Source: Eledone cirrhosa
Taxonomy: Eukaryota
DNA length: 64,000 nt
Reading direction: 5' to 3'
Assembly: GCA_964016885.1 (NCBI GenBank)
Contig: OZ024740.1
Location: 165,602,001 to 165,666,000 of the forward strand
In this document: piece by piece, positions 42,331 through 56,084 of the stretch
Position numbering within the stretch: position 1 is the first letter of the stretch
How the letters are laid out: the number at the start of each line of letters is the position of its first letter
Translations under genes and position numbers: made by a program
The notes under the pieces: generated by a model
What the model saw: only the letters and a program-made list of their open reading frames with translations
What the model was told of the DNA's origin: nothing
Database searches by the model: none

Positions 42331-42602
42331 TATCTCCCCTGTTTGCTGAGATCAAAGTGAGTGAATTTGTCACTACTTTAAAACAATAGCTTACGGTCTT
42401 CAAAATGCTTTTAATTAAGCATAAAGTGTATTGCAAAATACATTGTATATGCATCCATATATATATTGCTATTTCAGAGCTCCAATTCTAATTTTTAATT
42501 TCTGCCTGACCAACAACCGCTCTGCATAATCAGCTCCTGATTATTTACTAGATTTCTATAAGAATATAACATCATTGATCTCAGTAGACAGGTGGGGTAG
42601 TT

Positions 42603-42646
42603 GGCCTTGATAAGCTTCAACCAAAGCGAAACATGTCATGTCGGCT
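42603..42646 (+). ncRNA. Hammerhead ribozyme, U3-A8 core
   Basis: Identical copy on the inverted arm. Confidence 0.82.
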
Positions 42647-43065
42647 TATCTCCCCTGTTTGCTGAGATCAAAGTGAGTGAATTTGTCACTACTTTAAAAC
42701 AATAGCTTACGGTCTTCAAAATGCTTTTAATTAAGCATAAAGTGTATTTCAAAATACATTATATATACATATATATATAATTGTTGTGGGATGCTTAAAG
42801 TGTCCGTAAGCGGTAGGCCGTTTGAGCACTCGTTGCTCTTACAGAGCATAAGAAACGGACAATATAATTTATTAGACATATTACAATCATTTCTCTGGCG
42901 ACCAGCTCGAGGCACGATCGATGCAACGATCGAACCTGACTCTGAAATCGCAAGATCCTCAGATACGTCTCGATTATATTGGGAGAAGAGGCTGGCTCTA
43001 CTATTTTGCGTTATTGTTTTCTTAGTTATTCGTTACACATACATACACACACACATACATACATA

Positions 43066-43475
43066 CATGGTGGCTGCCAACTCGTTTTCGAGTACGGCCA
43101 CTACTTTATATCCATGTAGGAGAACCCCTACCGATGCGCTGAACGAGTGTGACTTTTTAGTCCAGCCAGCGACTTGAAAACTCTGGCACAAACACCCCAC
43201 TGGTGACCATTATTGACATATAGTGCTGGGCCCATGGTACATGTGATGACAAGTGCAGAGAGATCTCCAGATATAAAGCAATGCCTGTGCCGTGAAGCTT
43301 TTATAGTGAGCAAAGGCACTGCACAAAGCCAGTCCCACTCTCTTAACCAAGATGATATTTACCAAAAAGAAGAACAAGTCAACATCATTGGATACCATCA
43401 GAGTTGCAGGTGTTATATCAGAGTTTTCCTTCTCCTAGAATTCTGCCTTGACAAAGGCTAAGGGGTCATCTTTCC
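43066..43475 (-). mobile_element. Bipartite non-autonomous RTE derivative (5' UTR joined to 3' end)
   Basis: 3' part encodes CARVFKSLAGLKSHTRSAH (RTE C-terminal zinc finger) with (ATGT)n tail; 5' part matches 48600-48750; near-identical to 45051-45458. Confidence 0.7.
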
Positions 43476-43481
43476 CTGTGA

Positions 43482-43685
43482 TTTTGGATGGCCATTGACT
43501 CTTAAGAGCTCCTTTGCCCTTTGACAGGTCTTGTTTTTAGTCCTGCAGGATGTCCAAAGTCACCCTCCTCACCAAGAAACCTTGGTGGGGTTGCCAGTTT
43601 AGTCGCCAACGACCCGACCATGAGACAGGTTGTACTGGGATACATGTTACCAGTAGCACCATCTGGTGACCAACTGGTGACCCGA
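43482..43685 (-). mobile_element. Retroelement 5' region (family of 5776-5990)
   Basis: Homology to 5776-5990 and 44790-44981; abuts (CATA)n. Confidence 0.6.
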
Positions 43686-43732
43686 CATACATACATACAT
43701 ACATACATACATACATACATACATACATACAT

Positions 43733-43785
<53 letters not shown>

Positions 43786-43837
43786 TACATACATACATAC
43801 ATACATACATACATACATACATACTTACATACATACA

Positions 43838-44432
43838 TATAAAATGCAAACATAACAGACCCGATATAATGATATGGGACAGAGGAAAGAAGGCATGCGC
43901 AGTAGTGGAAGTTAGCCACCCAGCAGATGCCAATATATTATTAAAAATCAGTGAAAAGGAGAATATCTATGCAGAACTAATGAGAAATCTGCAGATACTC
44001 CACCCTGGCTATACCTTCAGATTTATACCTGTGATTATGGGTATACTGGGATATGTTAGTAACTGCTTCAATATAAATCTTGAGAAGCTAGGCTTCACAG
44101 AAACGGAAAGAACATGAGTAGTTAGGAAATCACAATTACAATCTATTAATGGAACAGTAAAACTTATGTAAAACATTCCAAAGCTTCTGCATCTAATAAC
44201 TGCATATACACATATACAGATACAAAGCGTATGCACATGCACACATACAACTCAAAGCATACACATCCACACATGCAATAACATCCATCTCTGCACACAC
44301 ATGCATGCAGACATGCATACATATCTACCTGCTAGATGTTTAAATTCCAATGAGAGAGTCTTATATCTATGTTAGAAACCGACTCTCTTTCTATTGGTAA
44401 CAATTTATAAAATTATAAAACCAGAAGAACAC
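43838..44432 (+). mobile_element. R4/Dong-like LINE 3' end with restriction-like endonuclease, in (CATA)n
   Basis: KCKHNRPDIMIWD..VVEVSHPAD..EK..IY..L..IPVIMGILG (PD..E motif) plus 3' UTR. Confidence 0.75.
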
Positions 44433-44444
44433 ACATACGTACAT

Positions 44445-44740
44445 GATGATGGCTGCCCCCTCGTTATCGAGTATGGCCATTGCACGATATACTATTATTA
44501 ATAATTATCAATTAATTATATCGTGCAATGCCTGTACGTGAAGATATTTTTTAAAGTGAGGAAAGACTGTGCACTGAGCCAATCCCACTCTCTGAATGAC
44601 AGTAGTTATAACCCGAAAAGAAGAAAAGATCAACATCATCGGTAAACTACTGAGCCGCTTGTTTTATATCGGTGTTATCCCAGTTTCCTGAGTTGCCTTC
44701 TCCTAGAAGAATGCCCTGACAAAGGCTAGGGGTCCTTCAC
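44445..44740 (-). mobile_element. Diverged RTE-derived non-autonomous element
   Basis: GGCTGCC..CTCGTT.TCGAGTA.GGCCA 3' end and CCTTCTCCTAGA..GACAAAGGCTA 5' end. Confidence 0.6.
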
Positions 44741-44789
44741 TCTCAGTGGTTTAACCACGCGCTACATGTGTATATACATATTTACACAC

Positions 44790-44981
44790 TTTTGGATGGC
44801 CGTTGACTTTTATGAGTTCTTCCGCCCTTCGTCAGGTTTTGTTTTTTGTCCTGCAGTGTGTCCAAAATCCCCCTCCTCACCAAGTAAACTTGGTGGGGTT
44901 GCCTGTTTAGTCACCGAACCCGACCATGCGACAGGTTGTACTGGGTTACATGTTACTAGTAGCACTCAAGAGTGACCCGAC
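44790..44981 (-). mobile_element. Retroelement 5' region (family of 5776-5990)
   Basis: Homolog of 43482-43685. Confidence 0.6.
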
Positions 44982-45050
44982 ATAAGATAGGTATATACAC
45001 ACTTACATACATACAGACATACACATACATACATACATAATACATACATA

Positions 45051-45458
45051 CATGGTGGCTGCCAACTCGTTTTCGAGTACGGCCACTACTTTATATCCAT
45101 GTAGGAGAACCCCTACCGATGCGCTGAACCAGTGTGACATTTTAGTCCAGCCAGCGACTTGAAAACTCTGGTACAAACACTACACTTGTGACAGTTATTG
45201 ACACATAGTGCTGGGCCCATGGTACCATGTGACGACAAGTGCAGAGAGATCTCCAGATATAAAGCAATGCCTGTGTCGTGAAGCTTTTATAGTGAGTAAA
45301 GGCACTGCACAAAGCCAGTCCCACTCTCTTAACCAAGATGATATTTACCAAAAAGAAGAACAAGTCAACATCATTGGATACCATCAGGGTTGCAGGTGTT
45401 ATATCAGAGTTTTCCTTCTCCTAGAATTCTGCCTTGACAAAGGCTAAGGGGTCATCTC
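45051..45458 (-). mobile_element. Bipartite non-autonomous RTE derivative
   Basis: Near-identical to 43066-43475. Confidence 0.7.
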
Positions 45459-46072
45459 TCCCGGAGATGGAAAGCACCCCGTGATTGGGCCTTGTTAGCA
45501 AATGACATCAGCTTGAATCTTCTGGGTGTTGCGAACGGATATGAGTCTTGTGGGTGTTGCCAATGGATACGCCTTTAAGTGGCTTACTCAGTTGTCAGTT
45601 GTGCAACTCCCAATAAAGCTCATTATGCACTTTAGGCCGCTAGCTGACCTGCATTGTTTGACATTTGTTCTGCATATGTATGTTGTTTGGAATGATAAAT
45701 ATAGAAACATGCTCTTTTGTATAACTCAGCTGCCCACATGATGTGAATGTGGTAAGAAAAATGCAAGAGAAGGAAGACATCTATAGACCATAGATGAGGA
45801 GTTTGCAGCTCCAGTATCCACAATTTACATTCAGCTTCATACCCGTTATAATTGGAGTTACAGGTTATAAACGAATCCACCTGGACCAAAGTATAACTGA
45901 ATTTGGATTTGTGGAGAAAAAACGTAGCTTCTTAATTTGTAAGCTATAAATAGCCACGTCAGCTAGAACCTTACGATTCAAAGGGTGAATGCTTACACGA
46001 GACGACGACAGTTTCTCTATGCCTTTGTCCCCGTGGAGGTGGCCGATGAAAATAAACATAAAAGAGAATAAA

Positions 46073-46109
<37 letters not shown>

Positions 46110-46111
46110 AT

Positions 46112-46151
<40 letters not shown>

Positions 46152-46742
46152 ATCCTTTTGTGTGTGCACACATACACTTCACTTATCTGCGCAAGCATGA
46201 TATTCAATGACGTTGTTGCTAACGACGACTATAACGTAGCTTGCTGTTAAGGAAAACCTTATGTTAATATCAACCGAATATAAGTATATCAGTGTAGTGA
46301 AATAGCTTAACCGACTGATTACATGGCATAGCATTTTAAAAACAATTTCACACTGAAATGAATAAAGCTAATTAATATTCCGCTGTCGGTTGGGAATTAA
46401 CTGCTCTAGACATATTATATGCTACAGAAATCTAATAATGATAACCCATACGCATGCGCGATGCACACACGCATATACTCTAGAGCGCTCCGACACAGAT
46501 GTACGCACACTGTTACGAATATACGTACAAACGAATACAAAGAACCATATGCAGGCGCTCACACACACAGAGACATATACATTTAAATGATTATCTGGAA
46601 AAATTAGATAAATTAAAACGCTACTATTCTCTTCGTAATTTTGCGATGCATCTATTTGGCTACGTTGATAAAAACATTCATTTCACACATAGTCCACATT
46701 GCAGATATATATTTGTAAAGTCTATATCCTTCAAATTACACA

Positions 46743-46782
<40 letters not shown>

Positions 46783-46810
46783 CGCACACACACGCACACA
46801 CACACTAACG

Positions 46811-46885
<75 letters not shown>

Positions 46886-47354
46886 CGATATATACTCAGC
46901 ATATACTTGTTAAAGATGTATACATTTTTCAAATTTTGTATGTAAGCATGTCTGCCTTTCATCCTTTCGAAGTATAAAAAAATAAGAATCAGTTTAGTAC
47001 TGGGCTTGGTTCTTCTTCTATATCTCTATCTCATTTCATCTCTCTCATCTTCTATCTTTCTCTGAAAGAAATCTGCTATACTCAGGCCTGGAGGGGATGG
47101 GCTCCGCCAGGCTTAAAATGGCCAAGAAACGCCGTACGTCTCTATCGGCGCCCCTACGACTCTATCGGAAGTTACGGGACCATAAATACATACCTTTTTC
47201 CTATATCTATCTGCCTACCTTATCAATCTATACCCCCCCCCCCCAACATACACACACACCTAGCTACAAATTGTCTCATGTTTTCTGTAAAATGTGTATG
47301 AGATAAACTTGCTATCATCCCCCTCCCCCTTCTCTCTTTCTCTCTCTCTCTTTA

Positions 47355-47407
<53 letters not shown>

Positions 47408-48589
47408 GGTATACAGTATACATAGATATTCGAAACGAAGAATAAGGAAGAATCACACGAGACACTATAAAAGATACTGTACACAAAAACTACAAAACAT
47501 ATTACCTTAAACAGGGAGCTTTTAAAAATGGACAAAGTGTAAGCCCAGAAGGAGCAATGGTAAGCTCCATCAAAATCTGTTTCCTTAACTGAAGAATCTA
47601 TTCGGGACTTAGAAAGCAGAAGGTGATGTACCGGTGCCTTAATAAAATTGGAGGATATATTACTATACCTTTGAGGAAGTCCTTGGTGAAGTGTGAAGTA
47701 GCAACGCATTATTTAACCGTGGTAAGATCTCGGGAAACAAAATGTAGGCCGAGGTGGCAAATAAGTAAGAAATAATTTGTGAAACACCCTCTCATTAACT
47801 CGTAACTCAATGCATGTTTCAGCACAGCACAATACAACATAAAGAGGCACTGATTGCAATATCAATCCTCTGATTTTCTTGGTTAATGTTAGAGCAGTAA
47901 GGGCAAACAATTAGAGTGAAGGTTACGAAAATCGAGACCTATTTGGCAGGGGTCAGTATGGACCTGACAGGAGTTTTGATTCCTCTCGTCAGCGGCATAG
48001 AATCTAAACATTAAAACTGATGTTGTAGGGCAGACAGTTCATATGTTACAATTGTGTCACTAAAAGTCACTTTAAATCTCACTCTCCCAGGAGTTGAAAA
48101 AGTAAAACGAACGAAAATATTTACCACATAATCCGCTATCGTTTTAGCAGTACCACCGGTCACAGAACCTGACTAGGAAACTGAAGGACCCTCAACCCAA
48201 GCCATAACCAACATTAACAAGGAAAAGGAAAGAGTATTGAGTTTTGGAAAATACCGATTTTACGAAAATCCAGAACTCCCTTCTGGTATCCGGACAAAGG
48301 GACCGATATGCAGGAGGTCTCTTTTCGCACAACTAACAGCATTACCTAATAATAAAGAGATAATGGAGATGCAATAGGACATGGAGAGTACTGGAAAGAA
48401 AGAAAAAAGAGAAACCAACAGATGAGGGAAAGTGAGCCCGACCTTAAGTCGTGAAGTATGTATGTATGTATGTATGTATGTATGTATGTATGTATGTATG
48501 TATGTACGTATGTATGTATGCATGTAAGTATGTACGTATGTATGTATGCATACATACACTTAGAAATATTCAGGCTGGTGTCTGTGTGC

Positions 48590-51066
48590 GCGGTAGAAGA
48601 GGAAACTGGTGAAAACCGTCGACTCAAATAGTAGCCGATGATGTTGATCTGTTCTTCTGTTTCGATTATAAATATTGTTGCTCGGTCAGTAGCGCTGGTC
48701 CAGTGCAATGCCTTGCCCACTATAAAAAGTTCCACACACAGACATCACTCGATACCATAGGATCTTTGATTGATGTGAATGGCTTGCTGTAACCTTAAAA
48801 GGTGACCTGATGAAACCGAAAGCTCAAAACTTTCAAGTAAACGGAAGTCAGTGCTCTAGCCTAGATGGTGTTCTGGGATACCGTAGCCAAGACCCGGTCG
48901 TCATCCAAAAACTACGCTGAAACCTTTAAATATTGGTTGCTGGAATGTGAAGATACAGATTGACACTAGGTCTTCGGAACGTCCTGATAGGAGATCAGCT
49001 CTTGTAGACAGAGCTGCGTCGTTACAACTTGGACATCGTTACTCTGAATGAAGGTCACATAACAGAAAGCACTGGTAACTCCATGTTCTTTTGGAAAGTT
49101 AGAGTGGCGGGGCTAGGAAGAGAAGTTGGAGTGGCCTTTGCAGTGAAATCAGAACTTATGCCCAGTCTTGAGGAATTCCCATTCGGTATAAAAAAGCATG
49201 AGAATTCCAGCCAAAAGATAGTGAAGGGATATTAGTTATTGTATCTGCCTCTGAAGAAGAGAAATTATCTTTCTACCAAGCTTTAAAATCTATAGTACGC
49301 AATATTTCTTTGTTAGATAAGGTTGTCATCTTACGTGATCTTAATGCTAGAGTAGGTAAAGTCCACGAAACATTGCGTGTGTTTGGGAAGCATGGTGTTG
49401 GTATTGCAACAGTAACGGACTAATTTTGTTCAGATGTGTGAGGAGATGGGGTTATACATAACTAACACTATGCTACGACAAAAAGAATAAGTTTAAAACA
49501 AACTGAATGTACCTTGGATCTAAACAATAGCACTTGCTGGATTATATTATTGTACTTAAGTGTGATGTTTGTGACGTTCTCTCGGTTAGGGTCCTTCGTG
49601 GTGCTGGATGGTGTACGGATTTCATGACAGCATTGTTACTGATATAAATGTGGGTGGAACGCTGTCTGAATCCATAATCATCAATAATAGAGTGAGGCAG
49701 AGATATATTCTTGCTCCTCCTCTGTTTCCTTTGTAGTACGGAATGGTATTTTAACTGGATTTCGGGGATTGTAAACATTGTATCCGCTATCGAACAACAA
49801 GAAATATCTTCAGCATCAGACGTGTTAAATTAAAGACAAGGGTATTTTGTCATTAGTGAGGGATTTATTCATGACTGTGCTCTTGTGGCTCACACAGGAG
49901 AGGATATACAACCTCTAATGTTTGTATTCGAGAAGGATTGCTCTACGTTGGGTTGACAATGAGCCTCAAGAAAACTGTTGTGATGCTGCAATCTGCGCCT
50001 CGAAACCAATACAGACAACCTCATACGTTTGTTTATGGGAAGAGCCTTGGAGGAGTAAAATATATGACAAACAATATGACCAGTCTTGCTACCTAGATGA
50101 TGAAGTGAATCTCGGGATTCTGAAAGCAATCATGCTTTTTGGAAAGCTTGAGGCGTTTCTATGGTCCCAACATTGGATCTCAAAGCCGACGAAAGTAAAT
50201 GTGTATAATATGTGTGTTCTCAAACCATTACTGTACGCTTGTGAAACATGAATAACATAGGTATCAGTACAAACAACTTGAAATGTTTCATAAAATGATT
50301 CTTAGAACGATCGAATGGAATTGACTGAATACACCCTATAAATGACACTGAGATTCTTGAAAATACGCACTGTGAAAGCATCAAATCTCTGGTTCTATAA
50401 AACAGGCTGAGATGGAATGCTCACATGGTACGCATGGATGGCAGCCGGCTTCCAAAGAAAATGTTCAATGGAGAATTGGCCGGTTGAAAATGACCACCCC
50501 ATAAGCCCAGGAAAATATATAAGGACTGTCTTATATCTTTATATAAGAATCACTTGTATGAGCTAACTTCAATATTGCACAATAGGAAACTGAAGACTTT
50601 GATAGATGTAACTGAAGAAAGATTTTCTATCAAGGAAAATTGTTTTCGGGACATCTCGCGTATAATATGAACAATGTTAAATGGATGTCAGAAAGGGTAT
50701 TGCTGTCAATTTACCTGGTGATATCCATGATTTAACATGCGAAATCTGTAACAGATTTTGCTTTTGTAAAGCTGGTAAGAAAAGTCATCTATGCAGTCAA
50801 ATCGATATGGCCTGAAATACAACATACATATACAGAACCTCTGACCAACAATGCAGATCTGCAGGAGGTCTAAAAAGGCCCATCAAAGTTTATAATGAGC
50901 TTCAAGATGCCAATGTTATATCGAGAGCGTTGCACACTTGCCAACTCTGTGCAAAACACTGTTAGTCACTTGCAGGCCTAAAAAAACATATCTGATCACA
51001 ACACCCACATGACTCAAGCTGATGTCGGTTGATGGTCGTACTTGATCCTGGGACGGCTGCTATCAT
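48590..51066 (+). pseudogene. Decayed RTE LINE: 5' UTR, APE endonuclease, partial RT, C-terminal zinc fingers
   Basis: NIGCWNV, YNLDIVTLNE, GVAFAVKS, DLNARVG, TKVNVYNMCVLKPLLYACET, RLRWNAHMVRM, C..C...C.S.AGLK.H. Confidence 0.75.
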
Positions 51067-51189
51067 ACATGTATCATCTATTTCTCTTAATTTTGGATGG
51101 TAAGGTTGCAAAGAAGAGAAACTTTTCCTCGTCCCGGATATAATCGTTCATCCTTTGAATCATACGAATGTTTTGCAGACTTTCAAGAC

Positions 51190-52135
51190 TTTGGATATCG
51201 TGGCCATTTGTAGCTTATGAATTAAAGTGCTGCGTTCTTTCTCTACAAACCCAAGTTTAGTTATATTTTGGTCCAATCGTGTTTGTATATATCCTGTAGC
51301 TCCAATAATAATAGATGTGCCACTTAACGTTTATTTGGGGTACTGGATCTGTTGACATCTTTAACAGAGCATGTTTTTAATATGTAGCCCCAAACAACAA
51401 TGTCTGGCTAGTTGCGTTTTAATTCTGTGGCATCTTATATTTTAGGTCCCACCAATATGACCTTGAGGCATCAGTCTCGACATGTTTCTCCATAGTTGTT
51501 ATTCTCATTTTCCGTAGTGCATTCCAAATAGTTCAAAAATATTTTTTCACAGTTGGCAATAATGTGGCTGGCATTTTAGATTTTGTTTTGCATAACCTAC
51601 ATATTGTCAACTGATGTTTCTACTCTCTTGTACGGTAAATGGGAATGTCTTGTACCTGGATTGCTTGGAAGTATCCCTTAAGGTTGGATGTTATAAACTT
51701 GTCGGAGCACCGAGTCAGGCTTTTGTATGGCTTATCCCCTCTATGGTGTGTTTTTCGTCATCCACTGGTCTATTTAAAAAAAATTTGTTCAAGCATTAAA
51801 TAGAATCTCTCAATGTTTCTAGGATAAAGGTTTGTGCCAGCTTTTATTTCATATCTTTCCTCTAGATCTGTGGTTCCCCTAAACATGCTATTTTCATGTG
51901 CATGAGCGAGATGGTTGCTTAACTTTTTCTTCTATTGTAGGTATTGCTTCGATGTTAAAATTCGGATCTCGTTTGATGTTAATATGAATTTTAGGCACCG
52001 GCCACTCTTCTTGAGTCGGAAATATAATCCTAGCCATTCCACTATTTATTTTCAAGTTTCCAGTATCATGGAACATCTTTCGAATCCTTACATCTACTTC
52101 CTTTAGTTCTTGCAATGACCATGTTCAGCTGCGTT
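51190..52135 (-). pseudogene. Decayed R4/Dong-like LINE (post-RT region and RLE)
   Basis: QELKEVDVRIRKMFH.TGN...NS, KRN*PDIVV, IIIGATGYI..LG. Confidence 0.6.
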
Positions 52136-52716
52136 AGGAGTCAATATGCTTGTTGAATAGTAAGAGTTATGGAGATAATTATTTCTGGTCCCCCATTATA
52201 CACGTGTCCATTATAGATATACGCGTGCATATATGTATGATAACCCATATGTGCTCGGGAACTCATAGATCCTATGTATAAATGCATGGTTGTTTGATGC
52301 ATGTATGTGTGTTTGATGTACATACATATATATATGTGTGCACTTATGTATGTGTAGATGGGTGTAGTAAACATTGATGTCATATAATATAGATGACTAT
52401 TACTGTTGTAAGAGATGCTTTACCATTTGGTTCCATATTATCAGGAAGATTAAAAAATCTTCAAAGACATCTGCTATCTTAGGTAATGCAACATACATAT
52501 ATATTAATATTATAGAATTTAATGAGATATGTTATCTTTTATACATTATAATGTATTTCTTTATCAAGATATGAAAAATATGCACCTTGTTGCACTCTAG
52601 TTAAATGCATCAAACGCACACACTTATTGGCTATGCAACATTATAATCTTATGAAATTTTACTTCGTTTCACTTCCAGAGGTTAAATATATATATATATA
52701 TTTATATATATATATA

Positions 52717-52850
52717 GGTAAGTTATTCCGGGTTGAATCGGAGGTAACCACAGTAAGTAAGGTACTCAATACATAGCAGAGTATAAAAGGTTCAATATAG
52801 AAGAGATTCTACAGGACTAGAACTGTTTCATTCGTGAGAAATCATCAGAT
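52717..52850 (-). mobile_element. Family C element with HHR (52814-52848)
   Basis: CTGATGA t ttc tcac gaa t GAAA cagt TC tagtcc; 5' strand of stem I replaced by (TA)n. Confidence 0.7.
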
Positions 52851-52854
52851 ATAT

Positions 52855-52944
<90 letters not shown>

Positions 52945-52947
52945 AAT

Positions 52948-52996
<49 letters not shown>

Positions 52997-52999
52997 AAT

Positions 53000-53058
<59 letters not shown>

Positions 53059-53115
53059 AATACATACATGTATATATATATATATATATAGATATATATA
53101 TGCATATAAATACAT

Positions 53116-53178
<63 letters not shown>

Positions 53179-53189
53179 TATAAATACAT

Positions 53190-53241
<52 letters not shown>

Positions 53242-53246
<5 letters not shown>

Positions 53247-53550
53247 GATTGGTGCTCTGAAATAGCGATGTATACATGAATGTATGTATAGTATATTTGG
53301 CAATATACCGTATGTTTAATTAAAAACATTTTGAAGACCATACGCTATCGGTTTTAAAGTAGTGATATGTCACTAACTTCTTTTCGGCGAAAGAAGGGAG
53401 AGAAGCTAACAGTCAGTTTCACGCTGTTGGCGATCATCAGAGCCACGCACTCCCCGCTTTCGCCGAAAATTATAGAAGCTGGATTCTTATAGAATTCCAG
53501 TGATAATGAGGAGCTGATTATACAGAGCGATTGCCGGTCCAGCAAAAGGT
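53242..53550 (-). mobile_element. Family F single unit
   Basis: Colinear with the 316/322-bp units; (TA)n on both sides. Confidence 0.8.
53404..53444 (-). ncRNA. Hammerhead ribozyme, canonical C3-G8 core
   Basis: ggct CTGATGA t cgc caaca gcg t GAAA ctgactg TT agct, inside outer stem TTTTCGGCGAAAG/CTTTCGCCGAAAA. Confidence 0.8.
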
Positions 53551-53553
53551 AGT

Positions 53554-53608
<55 letters not shown>

Positions 53609-53894
53609 TGTATATATATATATTTGTGAGTGTGTGTAGAGTGTAGGTGGGGGGGGGGGGGTGAAATCCGTTGATGAAATATCAAGGAAAACATTGCTCT
53701 AATCAGTTGCAAGAGAGCTTATTTAGTATAAATAAAGTTTCATACACTTAACATGTATGTGCTACCACTGGTTTCGACTTCAGCCATGGCCACCACTGTA
53801 TATTGGAGAAGACACTTTTAAACTGGACCTCGAGAGCAATAGTAGCGTATACATGTTAAGTGTACGAAACTTTGTTTATACCATGTTATTGTAT

Positions 53895-53941
<47 letters not shown>

Positions 53942-53968
53942 TGTGTGTGTGTGTGTGTGTGCGTGCGT

Positions 53969-54059
<91 letters not shown>

Positions 54060-54975
54060 CGCGCCTGTGTGTATTTATCGCGGTGTGGGTTGGCCTGAGA
54101 ATCTACTCTCTAATAAAAGGACCACAACTTCTTTCGTCTCACCTAGCCCCTGACAACCGAAGCGCCCATCTCCTGCCATTCCCGGGGTGGAGATGCTTAG
54201 AACTGGCAGGAAGAGGCAAAAGCGAGTTGCTGAAGCTTTAAAACCAGTTGCACCGGGTAGACAGATCTCGACAGCCTTGGCTGGCAGCCTGGTTAGAAGA
54301 GTCACTTTGATTTCAAAACCAGGGTAGATAGATTTCCTTAATCATAATTATGATAACCCATGTATGCTCGGGAACACATAAATCCTATGGTTGGTGTCAG
54401 TAAAATACTTCATATCCTTTATGCATGAGATTAAAATTTGTGTGGGTGGTGGTGTTACGTTGATGTGTGATTGTATCGATGTAAGTGTATATCATATGTG
54501 CATATAATATCACTTAGAAAGTGTTATGATGCATTGGATAACGAAGTCATCAGTACACATTATTAGAAAAAGAAAATTCAAGATAATTATGTTTGGAACG
54601 CCTTTAGTCCTATTTCTATTCAGGTAGTGATCGCCTGAGGTAAACAAGAACAAGGGTATTTAAATACAAGACAAAGAGCTGATCGTCATGTCGGATAGAG
54701 GAATTTAGATTTCCATTGTTTTTACAGTTTCTCATAATATCCGCTTGTTGTAACGCATGGTAGAAGCGTCACCACTTTTTCTTTAACAGGAGGTGACAAT
54801 CCATTGCACCTGGTCTAGTATTTAATATACCGACTCCGAAGGGATCAACGCTAAAGTTAGGATTTGAATGGAAACCTAGAAAGACGGAGAAATACCCAGG
54901 CATCTAATTCGACAGTCAAACGCCTCTTCCAATACCCCCCCCCCCCCCCCACGATACAATCCAAATATACAATTT

Positions 54976-55140
54976 TAATAATGGTTTCTACCTTAGGCAC
55001 AAGGCCAGCGATTTTGGGGGATGGGAAAGTCGATTAAATCGACCCCAGTGCATTGCTGGTGCTTTATTTTATCGGCTCCTTAATGATGAAAGACAAAGCT
55101 AACCTTGGCGGGATTTGAACTCAGACCGTAACTCTATGCT
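54976..55140 (-). mobile_element. SINE family 1
   Basis: Reverse complement of consensus. Confidence 0.75.
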
Positions 55141-56084
55141 GAATGGATACTTATGCCATTTTTCTGGGATAGGGTGTTAAATCTATTCCCGTACTTCTTT
55201 TTAATTTATCGACACCGAGGGTGGGAGAAATGTAAAACTCGAGAGGGTTGGAATTCGAACATTTTGTCCACCGGCATAGCGATTCGGCGATCCCCAGCTC
55301 GCTTTACTTTTTACGTGAAATCTAGTAGCAGCAATCTTTCTTTAAGAGTAAGTGTTCCTTTTAACGGAAAGTTACTATCTGCGTGTGCGCAAGGGCTTAT
55401 ATATAGTATTGGTTTCAATTGATATAAACCAACGCACACACAGACAAAAGGCACTGAAATGTGCTAACATGAATATTATATGCTCACGCCGTCTTATGCA
55501 CATGGAGGTGCTTACACACAAACACAAATACAGAAACTCACACTTGCAGGCAAACTCATGAAAACGCGCACGCACACAGAGAGGCAAACCCATAAACACA
55601 CACACTTTCTCTCTATCTATCTATCTCTCTCGCACACACGCATATTTATATATTTTTATTTAGATATAAAGTTGTGCGCGTGTGATTGTCTAGATGTACA
55701 TTATAACTACATATGAGACGAGTGATCCTTTACGCTACTACTCACCATGCTAGAAATAACTGCCAAAATCTCCACGAAATTATAAACATTGTCCCCAAAA
55801 TGGAATTGAATGTATAATGGCATCCAAACGTGGATGGTCAGAGCTCGAACGCCTCTTACTGTCGATCTGTACTGTCTTGAAACAAAACGACAAGTGTAAT
55901 GTATAACGTCTCCCTATGAGTATTGAATTTAGTATGTATATGCTCGATACACTGAGTATGATTCTTTAGCACGGCCTTAGCACGCCTTAGCACGGCCTTG
56001 AGATGTGTGGCTCGATTCCTCGTTGGTGACTCAGTACATATTTTCCGTCTGCAGTACATTTTACTCAACTTTCGTAACTATTAT

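Larger units (their letters stand above)
41345..42775. mobile_element. Family F 316-bp tandem array folded back into a ~1.4-kb palindrome
   Basis: Period 316; symmetry switch near 42075; four HHRs. Confidence 0.9.

Noticed and set aside
41345-42775. CRISPR-like or satellite interpretation of the regular repeats
   Set aside because: No unique spacers, eukaryotic context; units are 316-bp HHR elements
42781-43030. Possible LTR starting TGTTG
   Set aside because: No partner LTR, PBS, PPT or TSD found
48825-48850. CTGATGA aacc GAAA gc TC in the RTE 5' region
   Set aside because: No stem I or stem II pairing; likely chance
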